From Vampirovibrionaceae bacterium NZW_1234 (GTDB lineage Bacteria > Cyanobacteriota > Vampirovibrionia > Vampirovibrionales > JAGQHJ01), in contig JBGUGD010000022.1 of assembly GCA_041697335.1 (NCBI GenBank), positions 1-55,242 on the forward strand: a stretch of DNA of 55,242 bases, read 5' to 3'. Shown piece after piece: positions 1-9,467 of this stretch. Each line of letters starts with the position of its first letter. Within the stretch, counting starts at the first letter, position 1. Below the pieces are notes generated by a model that was not told the DNA's origin, did no database searches, and saw only the letters and a list, made by a program, of their open reading frames with translations. A program made the translations under genes and the position numbers.

Positions 1-162
1 ATGATGCCCCCGCCACCGCCTGGTATGGGACCGATGATGCCTCCACCCCCGCCAGGGTTTGGGCCAATGATGCCTCCGCCACCGCCCGGTATGGGCCCCA
101 TGATGCCTCCGCCCCCGCCAGGCATGGGCCCCATGATGCCGCCACCCGGATTTCGGCCCTAG
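1..162 (+). CDS. 3' end of a proline-rich repeat protein (probably partial, starting upstream of the window)
   Basis: Frame 1 reads MMPPPPPGMGP-MMPPPPPGFGP-MMPPPPPGMGP-MMPPPPPGMGP-MMPPPGFRP-stop (TAG 160-162). The 33-bp units vary mostly at synonymous positions, and a terminator follows. Confidence 0.8.
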   Translation: MMPPPPPGMGPMMPPPPPGFGPMMPPPPPGMGPMMPPPPPGMGPMMPPPGFRP

Positions 163-187
163 GCAATCTCACTAAGAAAAGCGTAAA

Positions 188-217
188 AAAAACACCAACC
201 TTCGGGTTGGTGTTTTT
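188..217. terminator. Bidirectional intrinsic terminator
   Basis: AAAAACACCAAC-C(TTCG)G-GTTGGTGTTTTT: UUCG tetraloop hairpin with A and T tails, between convergent ORFs. Confidence 0.85.
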
Positions 218-266
218 AATTGTGTTGTAATGTGTATTGTTAGGATTTTCGGAAAAAAACGGAGTC

Positions 267-806
267 TTACTTCCCGCGTTTCACCAGTGCTTTGGCAACG
301 GCGAACGGAGCAATCAGAATACTTTTAACGCTGTTTCGAACCACAATCCAGCTTTGTTCAATCAAGGCTTGGCGGTCCCGTTGTAATGCTTCGGGGCGAA
401 CAGCCGCATTGCGCATCAGGGGCACGAACATGATATTACCGACCAACAGACCGGATAAGCCAAGAACAAGCTCGATATAAGGCAGAATAATTGCCTTGTA
501 GAGCGCGTCCTTTACGGGCGTGCGCTTGATGACCGGAGCCACTGCCGGAGCCACCGTTTGTTGCGGCATCGGAGGCGCCTGAACGGCATGCGGATACGGT
601 GCCGGTTGAGGATAGTGCATCGGTTGTTGATGATACATGGGCACCTGTTGTCCCGCCATTTGCCAGGCGGTTGCCACCCGTTGCTGTTCAAAAATCTGAT
701 TTTGTAATTCGATGTGCTCGATCATTTCCCGTTCGTTGCCGCCATCGAATCGCCGCTGCTTGTATTCAAGTACGAGAGGTTGAGAAGAACCTGAAGACAT
801 AGCCAT
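267..806 (-). CDS. Hypothetical membrane protein with Gln/Pro-rich linker
   Basis: ATG at 806 preceded by GGAAAGG; Q/P-rich middle; hydrophobic segment IILPYIELVLGLSGLLVGNIMFVPL. Confidence 0.7.
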   Translation of the reverse strand: MAMSSGSSQPLVLEYKQRRFDGGNEREMIEHIELQNQIFEQQRVATAWQMAGQQVPMYHQQPMHYPQPAPYPHAVQAPPMPQQTVAPAVAPVIKRTPVKDALYKAIILPYIELVLGLSGLLVGNIMFVPLMRNAAVRPEALQRDRQALIEQSWIVVRNSVKSILIAPFAVAKALVKRGK

Positions 807-1181
807 ACATCCTTTCCTGAGCCACACTGAAAACCTTCTTACTATGGGTATAAAAACATGCCGATTTGACCTTTTTGATAGACCGAGGCCATGTTTAATC
901 TCTTTTTAAGGATTGCCAAAAAACCAGTTAGGCCAAAGGAAAGACAAGGGTTTGGCCTGATTTTTCAGTGATGCAGTCATTTTGGTTAGTATGGGCGGAG
1001 ATGCTTCTAAAAAGCGGGCTCAACAATTCGTGTAAGGGAAAAAGCTCCTAGCAAGATAATATTCTCGAAACGACCCCAGCTTTTTCAGGATAGTCGTAGC
1101 AATACCCAAAGCAATAAGGCAACCCCTTTCGTTTAGGTGGATTTGAGGTAAGATTGAAGAGGCGATTGCCTTGCCTTCCGG

Positions 1182-2552
1182 GTGTCTCTGTTCTACAATT
1201 ATCGCAAGAGGAATCGTCCCCCAAACTATTTCCCCACCGCCTTGGAGCCCCTGATGAGCGTGGTGCGACAATACCCAGCCCCCCAAAAAAAGCAATCGTC
1301 AAACGAGCCTTCCTGGTTTCTGGTAGTCATGTTGAGTGGCATAATCAGCGGTATCCTGCTGTTTACCATTGGATGGTATCTGTCGCTGTCTGAAGCCGAG
1401 CGCCACACGGTGATGAAAAAGCTGATGTCCTCCAGTGATATGCTCTCTCAATTGAATGTATTTCATCATTCCAAGGTCTTGTTGGTCATGGGGGTTGATA
1501 TGCCGCCCCTCGGATCAAAAGAAGCCTATCGCTCGGTCCGTACCGATACCATGATGCTGGTGAAGGTTGATACAACCCATAAAAAAGTGAATATTGTGTC
1601 TCTGCCCCGAGACAGCAAGGTGTTTATACCGGGGCATGGAATCGACAAATTGAATGCGGCATTTACCTTCGGAGGCCCCGAGCTGGCCGTGGCCACCGTG
1701 GAGCAGAGCATGGGCATTGATGTGGACAACTACCTGGTAGTGAATCTCAGTGGGGTCAAAGAGGTGGTGGATGCCCTGGGTGGGGTGGATGTGTATGTGG
1801 AGAAGCCCATGCACTACAAGGACTATACCGCCAAGCTGTTTATTAATTTGGAGCCCGGTTTGCACCATATGGATGGCACGCAGGCCGAGGGTTACCTTCG
1901 TTTTCGCCACGATGCGCTGGGGGATATCGGGCGCATTCGTCGTCAACAGCAGTTTATTTCTGCGGTCAGCAATAAACTGAAAGATCCCGCAACGATTTTA
2001 CGGATTAAGCCCTTGTTAGAGGCGGCAAACCGTTTTACCCTTACCGATTTGCCCCCACAGGATTTGATTGGCTTGGCGGTCTTCGGCAAGGACCTGACTC
2101 GCAAAGATTATCAGGTAGCCACATTGCCGGGCCACCCGTCCATGAGCAGCCAGGTGAGCTACTGGGTCATCGATCCTCAGGCGGCCGAGCAAGTATTGAA
2201 TCGTTTGATCGTGGGGATTGATGAGGGATCTCAGGTAGTTGACACCCCCACTGTCGGATTGTTGTATACCCCCAATTCCGATATCTCCATTGCCAAGTAT
2301 AAAGAGCGTTTGGAGGCGGCCGGGTTTCAAGTGCGTTGCCAAAGTCGTATTCGTCCTAGTGCCACACGCATTGTGATTCACCACACGGCTGGACATGAAA
2401 TTGAAACCCGCTTGCAACAAACTCACCCGGCGTTAAAAGATGCCCAGTTGATTTTCTCGCCCCATGGCGCTACATTTGAATCCAACTCATGCGGAAATAC
2501 AGACTTCACGATAATTTTAGGTGATGATACAAGGAGCGCAGCAAACGAATGA
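1182..2552 (+). CDS. LCP (LytR-CpsA-Psr) family protein with LytR_C-like C-terminus
   Basis: N-terminal TM helix; motifs RTDTMML, SLPRDS, KLNAAF, GYLRFRHD, GDIGRIRRQQ. Confidence 0.92.
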   Translation: MSLFYNYRKRNRPPNYFPTALEPLMSVVRQYPAPQKKQSSNEPSWFLVVMLSGIISGILLFTIGWYLSLSEAERHTVMKKLMSSSDMLSQLNVFHHSKVLLVMGVDMPPLGSKEAYRSVRTDTMMLVKVDTTHKKVNIVSLPRDSKVFIPGHGIDKLNAAFTFGGPELAVATVEQSMGIDVDNYLVVNLSGVKEVVDALGGVDVYVEKPMHYKDYTAKLFINLEPGLHHMDGTQAEGYLRFRHDALGDIGRIRRQQQFISAVSNKLKDPATILRIKPLLEAANRFTLTDLPPQDLIGLAVFGKDLTRKDYQVATLPGHPSMSSQVSYWVIDPQAAEQVLNRLIVGIDEGSQVVDTPTVGLLYTPNSDISIAKYKERLEAAGFQVRCQSRIRPSATRIVIHHTAGHEIETRLQQTHPALKDAQLIFSPHGATFESNSCGNTDFTIILGDDTRSAANE

Positions 2553-3361
2553 AGAAGTGGATCATACCGGTACTGGCCGTAACCCTAGTAGGCATGACTT
2601 TTTCGGCCCCGGCCCATGCATGGCCCTGGGGGAAGAAAGAGGCGGCTGAAGCCGAGCAGGCCGAACAAAAGCCTGAAAAGAAGCAAGGCCTTTTCCGTCG
2701 TAGCAATGAAGAATCTCAATCCCAGCAGGAAGCCCAAGCGGCTCCCAACGCTCCGGCAACAAAAAGTGCTTCCGTGGATACCCCAGCGCCTGCTGCTCCA
2801 GTTGAACAAGCGGCTCCTCGGGTTCAGGTGAAAAGTCCCTTAAGCGATGAGCTTAACGGCTTAAAAGTTGAAGAGCCGGTGGAAAGCAATGTATTGCCTC
2901 CTGAGAAAAGCTTTGTTGCGGTTGATGATCCCAAAAACCCCCTGGGTATCACCACGTCTGCTAAAAAGCTCAATGACAGTGCAGGCTTAATCAGCCAACG
3001 GAAATACAAGGAAGCCGAAAAAATGTTGGCTCCCCTGAAAGATTGGCTGGTCGATGCTACCGAAACCCATATCAATCTACATAAAACGCTGAAAGAGATC
3101 CCCAGTGCGCAAGTTCAGGCTGAGTTGGAAAAACAGCTGGCCTTGCAATTTGCCTTACTCCGGGATAAAGCCTTCTTCCAGCTTGGGATGCTGGGCGTGG
3201 GCATGGAAGACTACTCCATGGCCATTAAGAACCTGTCCAAAGTCATTCAGTCGCAACCTCGCAGCCCCATGGGCGCTCAAGCCTATGAAGTGCTTCAGAA
3301 AATTGGCTTTACTGAAAAAATGCAGCTGCGTGAAGAGAAGCGGGACGAAAACAAAAGCTAG
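2549..3361 (+). CDS. Secreted hypothetical protein with C-terminal TPR-like helices
   Basis: Sec signal MKKWIIPVLAVTLVGMTFSAPAHA; ATGA overlap with the LCP stop; TPR-like AFFQLGML...AIKNLSKVIQSQP. Confidence 0.8.
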   Translation: MKKWIIPVLAVTLVGMTFSAPAHAWPWGKKEAAEAEQAEQKPEKKQGLFRRSNEESQSQQEAQAAPNAPATKSASVDTPAPAAPVEQAAPRVQVKSPLSDELNGLKVEEPVESNVLPPEKSFVAVDDPKNPLGITTSAKKLNDSAGLISQRKYKEAEKMLAPLKDWLVDATETHINLHKTLKEIPSAQVQAELEKQLALQFALLRDKAFFQLGMLGVGMEDYSMAIKNLSKVIQSQPRSPMGAQAYEVLQKIGFTEKMQLREEKRDENKS

Positions 3362-3368
3362 TTCGGCA

Positions 3369-3614
3369 ATGACGACTCACTCACAGACGAAAGAGTTGAT
3401 GTGTAACACCTCGGCCAGCACCAAACAACTTGCCGAGGTGTTTGCCCAGCTTCGTAACCAGGGAATTAACATTCGCAAAATCGAGCTGACAGAGACCCTT
3501 GGAACTGCGCCCGAGTTTTTTCTTCGCCTCGAGATGAATTATCCGGAGTCAGTGTCTGATGTGGATGCGGTTGTCGATGCCCTCAAGGCTGAACTGGCCT
3601 CTTGCAAAGTCTGA
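3369..3614 (+). CDS. Small ACT-like domain protein (81 aa)
   Basis: ATG 7 nt after the upstream stop; LAEVFAQLRNQGINIRKIEL resembles the ACT pattern. The longer 3105 start overlaps the upstream gene. Confidence 0.6.
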   Translation: MTTHSQTKELMCNTSASTKQLAEVFAQLRNQGINIRKIELTETLGTAPEFFLRLEMNYPESVSDVDAVVDALKAELASCKV

Positions 3615-3635
3615 TTCAATACATCCGGTATATCT

Positions 3636-3680
3636 AAGGCACCTTCAGTGATGCAATATGGCATTGATGAAGGTGCTTTT
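3636..3680 (+). terminator. Intrinsic terminator-like hairpin
   Basis: GCACCTTCA...TGAAGGTGC followed by TTTT, after the LCP operon. Confidence 0.6.
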
Positions 3681-3850
3681 AAGATCATCTGAATTCCAAT
3701 GCTGAGGCAGATAATGTGAAACCTGGATTGCTGTATACAGGTGCTATTGCTTCGTTCATTGGATTACAAAAATTTATATATGATGCAAAATCAGAATCTT
3801 TTTTATAAAATGACACGTACATTAGCGCTTTTTACGTTTTCGAGGGTGAT

Positions 3851-6493
3851 GTGAACAGGGTTGACGCAATTCGGGTTATGGGTGCAGGGTTGGGAGCCAC
3901 AAGACGTCCAACAACAATCGTATCAAGTCCTACAAATCGGCCGCCGGGGCTACCACCATCCACTTTGATAGGCTCCTTAACGTCTGTTGAGTCGGGACGC
4001 ATGGTTATGGCCTTACAAGCGATGCAACGCTTTGCCGGAGCCCATGACGTCTCCACAGAGACGCCAAAGGTTTATCCGCCTCAGGTTCAGGCTTTTGAGG
4101 CGGCGTTTGCCAAGCGTATCGGTGTCCCTGGGGCAACTTTAGACCCCTTTCAGAAAGAGGCCATGACGCACCTGGTCAAGGGTGACAGTGTGATGGTTGC
4201 CGCACCCACCAGCAGCGGAAAAACCCTGGTGGCCAACTTTGCCATCGAAAGTGTCCTCCAGCGCCGCAATACCAATGCAAATGACAATTCCAGAATTTTC
4301 TATACCACGCCCCGTAAAGCCATTAGTGGGGAAAAGTTTCGGGATTTCTGCAAGGAATACGGACCCGAAAACGTGGGTTTGATGACGGGAGACATTACCC
4401 ATAACCCGGATGCGCCCATCATCTTGATGACGACAGAGGTCTTGCGCAACATCCTCTATGAAGAGCCTCAAAAGCTGAAGGATGTGAATCACGTGGTGTT
4501 TGACGAATGCCATTTCGTCAACGATCAGGAGCGTGGTCCGGTCTGGGAAGAGTGTATGATTCACATGCCCGATCGGGTCCAGCAGCTGCACTTAAGTGCA
4601 ACCGTAGGCAATGCAGACCAGTATGTGGCGTGGATGAATACCATTTCGGGCAAGAAAACCCATTTGGTTTACGAAGACAAGCGACCAGTGCCCTTGGAGT
4701 ACCTGTTTTACGATATTGGCCAGAACCGTATCGACAAAGTGTTTGATGAGCAGGGCCGACCGACCCGGGCCTTCTTCACGGCCTTTAAACATCCGTCCGA
4801 GTATGAGCCTAAAAAGCTGGTCAAAGCCCTGGAAAATTATGGTCTTCAGCAACAACAGCAGGCAGGGAAAGGGGCCACCGTTGATGCGCCTCCCAGTTTG
4901 CTTCCGGCAATTGTAACTTCCTTTAGCAAGAAGCACTGTGCTGACAAGTTTGAGCTGGCCACCTCCGGCAAGCATGTAAAACCCTTATTAAATCCGGACA
5001 AGGCTAATCCGGATCAGATTCGAATGCGGGACATCATTGCGCAGCACGAGCACTTGGTTGATCCTTATCTTGTGAAGCTCAATTACCCGCTCTACACTGG
5101 CTTGAAACAGGGCTATGCCACCCACCACGCGGGGATGACTTATGCCGAGCGCTCCGTGGTTGAGCAAGGGGTGAAGGCCGGATTATTAAAATGCGTATGG
5201 GCCACGGATACCCTGGGGGCCGGAATTAATGTTCCGGCACGCACGGCTGTCATTGCCCAGTTCAAGAAATACAACAAATTCAGTGACAGTATGGAATTTA
5301 TTACTCCCAGCGATTTCCACCAGATCGTGGGACGAGCGGGCCGACGAGGGATGTTTGATAAAGGCTATGCGGTTCTGGTACCGCAGCGTGGGTTGGACAT
5401 TGAAGATGCCAAGAGCATTGTTGGCCTGATGAAGAGTGGTCCTGAGCATATCCTCAGCAAATTCCAGGCCACCCCGACCATGGTGCTTAACCTCTTGAAG
5501 ACCCATACCCCGGCTCAGGCCCGAGACGTGATGTCCAAGAGCTTTGCAGCTTTTCAGGCGGCTCAGAACAAAAGCAAGGAACGAGTTACCGGAATGCTGA
5601 AGCAGTTTGACGCTACGTTGAGTTTCCTGAAAGAGCAGGGGCTCGTGGAAATCAGTGCCGATCAACGTCAGGCTAAGTTGACACCGTTTGGCTATGATCT
5701 CTCTCACGTCCCGGATCCGGCTTTCAAGGCTGCCTTTATTATGATGAAGGGTTTACGGCAATGGGAAGACCAGGTCGCAAAAGAACGCTCACTAGCCCTG
5801 AGTCAGTTGTTCCAGACCGATGCCGATACGGCTCAAGCTTTTGCCTACCAGTTCCATTATCAAGAGACCCAACCGGTTCGTGCGCAACAGGATCTGGCCA
5901 GTGATCCGAGCTTACGTCAAAAGCTCTTTGCCTTTAACAGTCAAGTTGCCCAGCGAGCTGCTTCGGCATTGCCCCAAGAAGCACGAGCGTTTGCAGAGCT
6001 GACCAGTCTCTCTGCCTCCGAACTGGCCGCCTTGTTTAGTGCAACGATTAATGAAAAAGGGAATCAGGAATACAACCCCAGAGCCTTTTCGCCGGCCATG
6101 GACAAAGTGGTGGGTGCGTATCAGGAGGCCAGTGATGCTTTAAGCTCAAAATTGAGTGCTGCCGAAATCGGTAACCAAAATCCACTCAACTTTAGCCTGA
6201 GCCATTTTGTGGCCGAATGGGCCAAAAACGGGGATTGGCCCTCGATACACGGCGAACTGAAGATGGCTCGTCAGATGGACACCAAGAGCCCGGATGTGGG
6301 CGAGTTTATGAATGTTGTTCGCCGAACTGCGAATCTTCTCACCAAACTTTCCGAGATGCAGACCTTGCCCCCGGCTTTTCGGAGCAAGTTAGCCGAGAGT
6401 TCAAACCGGCTTCTGCAACCTCCCATTCGCGAAAACATCCATGGGCTTCCTTTTGAAGCGCCCGCACCGGTTGCCGAGGCTAAGGCGGACTAG
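3851..6493 (+). CDS. Ski2/HelY-like DExH RNA helicase with N-terminal low-complexity extension
   Basis: LDPFQ, APTSSGKT, MTGD, MTTEVLRN, FDECH, LSAT, HHAGM, GINVPART, QIVGRAGRRG; DSHCT-like GEFMNVVRR near the C-terminus. Confidence 0.9.
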   Translation: MNRVDAIRVMGAGLGATRRPTTIVSSPTNRPPGLPPSTLIGSLTSVESGRMVMALQAMQRFAGAHDVSTETPKVYPPQVQAFEAAFAKRIGVPGATLDPFQKEAMTHLVKGDSVMVAAPTSSGKTLVANFAIESVLQRRNTNANDNSRIFYTTPRKAISGEKFRDFCKEYGPENVGLMTGDITHNPDAPIILMTTEVLRNILYEEPQKLKDVNHVVFDECHFVNDQERGPVWEECMIHMPDRVQQLHLSATVGNADQYVAWMNTISGKKTHLVYEDKRPVPLEYLFYDIGQNRIDKVFDEQGRPTRAFFTAFKHPSEYEPKKLVKALENYGLQQQQQAGKGATVDAPPSLLPAIVTSFSKKHCADKFELATSGKHVKPLLNPDKANPDQIRMRDIIAQHEHLVDPYLVKLNYPLYTGLKQGYATHHAGMTYAERSVVEQGVKAGLLKCVWATDTLGAGINVPARTAVIAQFKKYNKFSDSMEFITPSDFHQIVGRAGRRGMFDKGYAVLVPQRGLDIEDAKSIVGLMKSGPEHILSKFQATPTMVLNLLKTHTPAQARDVMSKSFAAFQAAQNKSKERVTGMLKQFDATLSFLKEQGLVEISADQRQAKLTPFGYDLSHVPDPAFKAAFIMMKGLRQWEDQVAKERSLALSQLFQTDADTAQAFAYQFHYQETQPVRAQQDLASDPSLRQKLFAFNSQVAQRAASALPQEARAFAELTSLSASELAALFSATINEKGNQEYNPRAFSPAMDKVVGAYQEASDALSSKLSAAEIGNQNPLNFSLSHFVAEWAKNGDWPSIHGELKMARQMDTKSPDVGEFMNVVRRTANLLTKLSEMQTLPPAFRSKLAESSNRLLQPPIRENIHGLPFEAPAPVAEAKAD

Positions 6494-6641
6494 TCAATCT
6501 TTGGCTGGGTGTCTATTCAGTATCAATTAAGAGCTACTGTTTTCAAGAAACAAGTGGTATAACTGATATCAAGAGACTCGGTCGAGTCTGCTGATATTCG
6601 TCACGGGTGTTGCCGTGATAGGTTGTGAAGGAGGAAGCCTG

Positions 6642-6965
6642 ATGAAACAACTGTTAACCTTGGCTTTACTTATGGGCTTGGTTCTGACGGGTATGGAGGC
6701 CTTGGCCAATACGGATAGTCCCCAAGTGGACCACCGGCAACAGCGCCAGGACCATCGGATTGAGCAGGGGGTGCAAAGCGGTGAGCTGACCCGGCGTGAA
6801 GCCAACCGCCTGGATCGTAACCAGAACCGCATTAATGCGATGGAAGCCAATTTTAAGTCTGATGGTCAGCTGACCCGACGTGAGCGGGCTCGGCTTCATC
6901 GGAACCAAAACGTACAAAACCGGAAAATTCATCGCCAAAAGCACGACCGCCAGGATCGCTACTAG
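6642..6965 (+). CDS. Small secreted Arg/Gln-rich helical protein
   Basis: RBS AAGGAGG; signal peptide; repeated GELTRRE/GQLTRRE motif (RIEQGVQSGELTRREANRL). Confidence 0.85.
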   Translation: MKQLLTLALLMGLVLTGMEALANTDSPQVDHRQQRQDHRIEQGVQSGELTRREANRLDRNQNRINAMEANFKSDGQLTRRERARLHRNQNVQNRKIHRQKHDRQDRY

Positions 6966-6992
6966 GCGAGAGTATTCATAAGGTATCTTTAA

Positions 6993-7024
6993 GAGGCACA
7001 TCTCAGGCAATGAGATGTGCCTCT
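6993..7024 (+). terminator. Hairpin after the small secreted protein gene
   Basis: GAGGCACATCTCA-GGCAA-TGAGATGTGCCTC, a perfect 13-bp stem with no U tail. Confidence 0.55.
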
Positions 7025-7103
7025 ACGTTGGGTGACCCCACGTTGGAGAACGTGAGTGTTCCTGGGGCAACCCTTCAAGCGGGCATGGGGTCTGAAGTTC
7101 CGG

Positions 7104-7146
7104 AAAAAAGCTCGCCCCCGAGCTTTAAGCAAACGAGGGCGAGCTT
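7104..7146 (-). terminator. Intrinsic terminator of ispH-rpsA
   Basis: AAAAAA-GCTCGCCC...GGGCGAGC; the A-run gives a U tail on the minus strand. Confidence 0.7.
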
Positions 7147-7171
7147 GAAGATTTTAGAGCGCTGAAGGCGT

Positions 7172-8239
7172 CTAGTTAAGCACCGGCTCCAAGGTAATCC
7201 GACGGTCCAGAGCCGCAATGGAGACGATCTTGAAGGGGCAATTTTCACCCATCACCAGGCGATCACGATCGATCTGGTGGTAGCTGCAAAAAGCTTCAAT
7301 CCCCGGTTCCAACTCGGCCAGAAAGCCGGAGTTGAGCATCTTGGAGATTTGACCACTGACGGCATCGCCTTCTTTGAAACGCTCCTGGACGGTTTCCCAC
7401 GGATCCGGCGTCAAACGCTTCATACTGAGGCTGATGCGTTCCATGCCCCGGTCAATGGTCAAGACTTGGACTTTAACAGACTGGCCCAAGTTCAAGACAT
7501 CGGTTGGGTGCTTCAGACGGCGCCAGCTGATTTCAGACAGCGGTAGCAGGCCATCAATACCGTTGATGTCGACGAAGGCACCGAAGTTGGTGATTTTAAC
7601 GACTTCGCCGTCCACTTCCATTCCTTCGGCCAAGGCACCCAAGGTGGAGGAGCGACGCTCGGCCTGGGCTTCAAAGACAGCCGCCCGATGGCTCAGAATG
7701 AGTTTGTTTTTGCTCTTGTCCACTTCCAGCAACTTGGCAGGAATGGTATCACCCACCAACTCTTCCAAGGTTTTGGCGATCCGGAGCTGGCTGGCAGGAA
7801 TAAAGCCTTTTAGGCTCAGCGCCTGGACCAGAATACCGCCGCGGGTAGTGCCGCATACGACGACGTCGAGCACTTCGTTGGCTTCAAACTTGCGACGCAG
7901 TTCATCCCAGTCCTTGCAGAGGTCGACACGACGCAGGGACAGCAGAAAGGGAGCATCTTCATCAAAGTCACGAATGACGTAGAATTCTTTGACCTGGCCA
8001 GGCTTGAAGAGTTCTTTCACCTCTTCGGGGGTGCGGCAGTTGGGAATTTCTTTCATGGGCACATGGCCTTCGCATTTGCCGCCAATATCCACCACCAGAA
8101 AATCTTTCTCCACGGCTAGGATTTCGCCAATCACCACATTGCCCGGGGTCAGACTGCGATGGAAACTTTCCTCCAGCAGCTGAGCAAAGGCACTTTGCTG
8201 TTCATTGCGTTCTTCTTGTTCTACAAATAACGTTGTCAC
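7172..8239 (-). CDS. rpsA: 30S ribosomal protein S1 (short, cyanobacterial/firmicute type)
   Basis: S1 repeats VDIGGKCEG, GFIPASQL, FGAFVDINGIDGLLPLSEISW, RISLSMKRL; 355 aa. Confidence 0.88.
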   Translation of the reverse strand: MTTLFVEQEERNEQQSAFAQLLEESFHRSLTPGNVVIGEILAVEKDFLVVDIGGKCEGHVPMKEIPNCRTPEEVKELFKPGQVKEFYVIRDFDEDAPFLLSLRRVDLCKDWDELRRKFEANEVLDVVVCGTTRGGILVQALSLKGFIPASQLRIAKTLEELVGDTIPAKLLEVDKSKNKLILSHRAAVFEAQAERRSSTLGALAEGMEVDGEVVKITNFGAFVDINGIDGLLPLSEISWRRLKHPTDVLNLGQSVKVQVLTIDRGMERISLSMKRLTPDPWETVQERFKEGDAVSGQISKMLNSGFLAELEPGIEAFCSYHQIDRDRLVMGENCPFKIVSIAALDRRITLEPVLN

Positions 8240-8270
8240 GTAGTTACGGCTCCTTTCTTCCTATCGAGCG

Positions 8271-9164
8271 TTAGTTTAAAGACTCCAAGTACTGGATTAC
8301 CTCATCAACCAACCAGTCCGGTGTCGAGGCTCCTGCCGTAACCCCAATGGTTTCGGCGGTTGCCAGGAGCGGATGATCGGTTATTTCTTCCACCGTTTCG
8401 ATGTGAATGGCCTGTGTCCCGATTTCTCGGCAAACATCGGCCAAATGGGTTGTATTGGAGCTGTTCTTGCCACCAATCACAACCATTAAATCCACATCGT
8501 GAGCGAGTTTTTCAGCAGCGGTCTGCCGTTTAAAGGTGGCCGGGCATATCGTATTGTACATCTTAATTTCCCGGGCAATCTTCGCGGCTTCGGCCACAAC
8601 CTTGAAAAACGTGTCTTCCATTTGGGTGGTTTGAGACACGATCCCAAGGCGGTTCTTGGGTAATCCTTCCAGCGCCTTCTCTAACTCGTCAGGAGAATTG
8701 ACCGCAACGATACGGGCTCCTTCAATGCGTCGGGAATGCGCCATAATTCCCACGATCTCAGGATGCTCCTCCTTACCAACCACGATTACAGTGTAACCGT
8801 CGTCCGCCAGTTCCATAGCCCGCTCCTGCACCCGGCGGACATCGGGGCAGGTGGCGTCAGATACTTCAATGTTGTTGTCCTGGGCGGTATCGATATGCTC
8901 AGGGTCAACCCCATGGGTACGAATCAAACAGTGACTTCCGGGGGGAATCTCACTCACGGATTTCACGGTTTTCACGTTTTGTCGTTTCAATTTTTCAATC
9001 ACTTGCGGGTTATGAATCAGTTCGCCTAAAACATACACAGGGCGAGAGCTGGTGGCGGCCAGGTCAAAAGCCTTATCCACAGCCATTTTTACGCCATAAC
9101 AAAAGCCGGAATGCTCGGCAATCAGAATCTTCTTTTTGGACGTGGTTTGGGTCGGTGAACTCAA
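8271..9164 (-). CDS. ispH: 4-hydroxy-3-methylbut-2-enyl diphosphate reductase
   Basis: GFCYGV, LIHNP, RTHGV, DATCP, HPE, TICPAT, SSNT, AGASTP. The TTG start at 9164 follows GGAAAGGA; an alternative start is 9185. Confidence 0.95.
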   Translation of the reverse strand: MSSPTQTTSKKKILIAEHSGFCYGVKMAVDKAFDLAATSSRPVYVLGELIHNPQVIEKLKRQNVKTVKSVSEIPPGSHCLIRTHGVDPEHIDTAQDNNIEVSDATCPDVRRVQERAMELADDGYTVIVVGKEEHPEIVGIMAHSRRIEGARIVAVNSPDELEKALEGLPKNRLGIVSQTTQMEDTFFKVVAEAAKIAREIKMYNTICPATFKRQTAAEKLAHDVDLMVVIGGKNSSNTTHLADVCREIGTQAIHIETVEEITDHPLLATAETIGVTAGASTPDWLVDEVIQYLESLN

Positions 9165-9338
9165 GCTGAATCCTTTCCATGGCACGACTGATTCACAACT
9201 TTTTTATACGATAAACAGAGGAAATCCACCAGTCCTGAAAATGGTATAATGGACCTCGAAGAGAGTCAGGGAGCATGGATCGACGATTTAAACAAAACAT
9301 TCCCCACCTGGGGTATTTGTAAATCTTTCAATCTCGCC

Positions 9339-9366
9339 GAAAGAAATGGTGATATCTGGCCGATAC
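9339..9366 (+). promoter_or_regulatory. Possible sigma-28-type promoter
   Basis: GAAA-N16-GCCGATAC upstream of the sigma factor gene; the -35 element is weak. Confidence 0.3.
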
Positions 9367-9467
9367 CCTAAGGGTAGAGTTTCCCAGATTGTTTCACTAC
9401 GATACCCCATTCGTACACGGCTGTAATGCCTTGATACACTGATGAAAGAGAATTAAAGAGGTTCCTC

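Noticed and set aside
3105..3368. N-terminal half of the 169-aa ORF call
   Set aside because: Overlaps the 2549-3361 gene in another frame; the ATG at 3369 is the plausible start.
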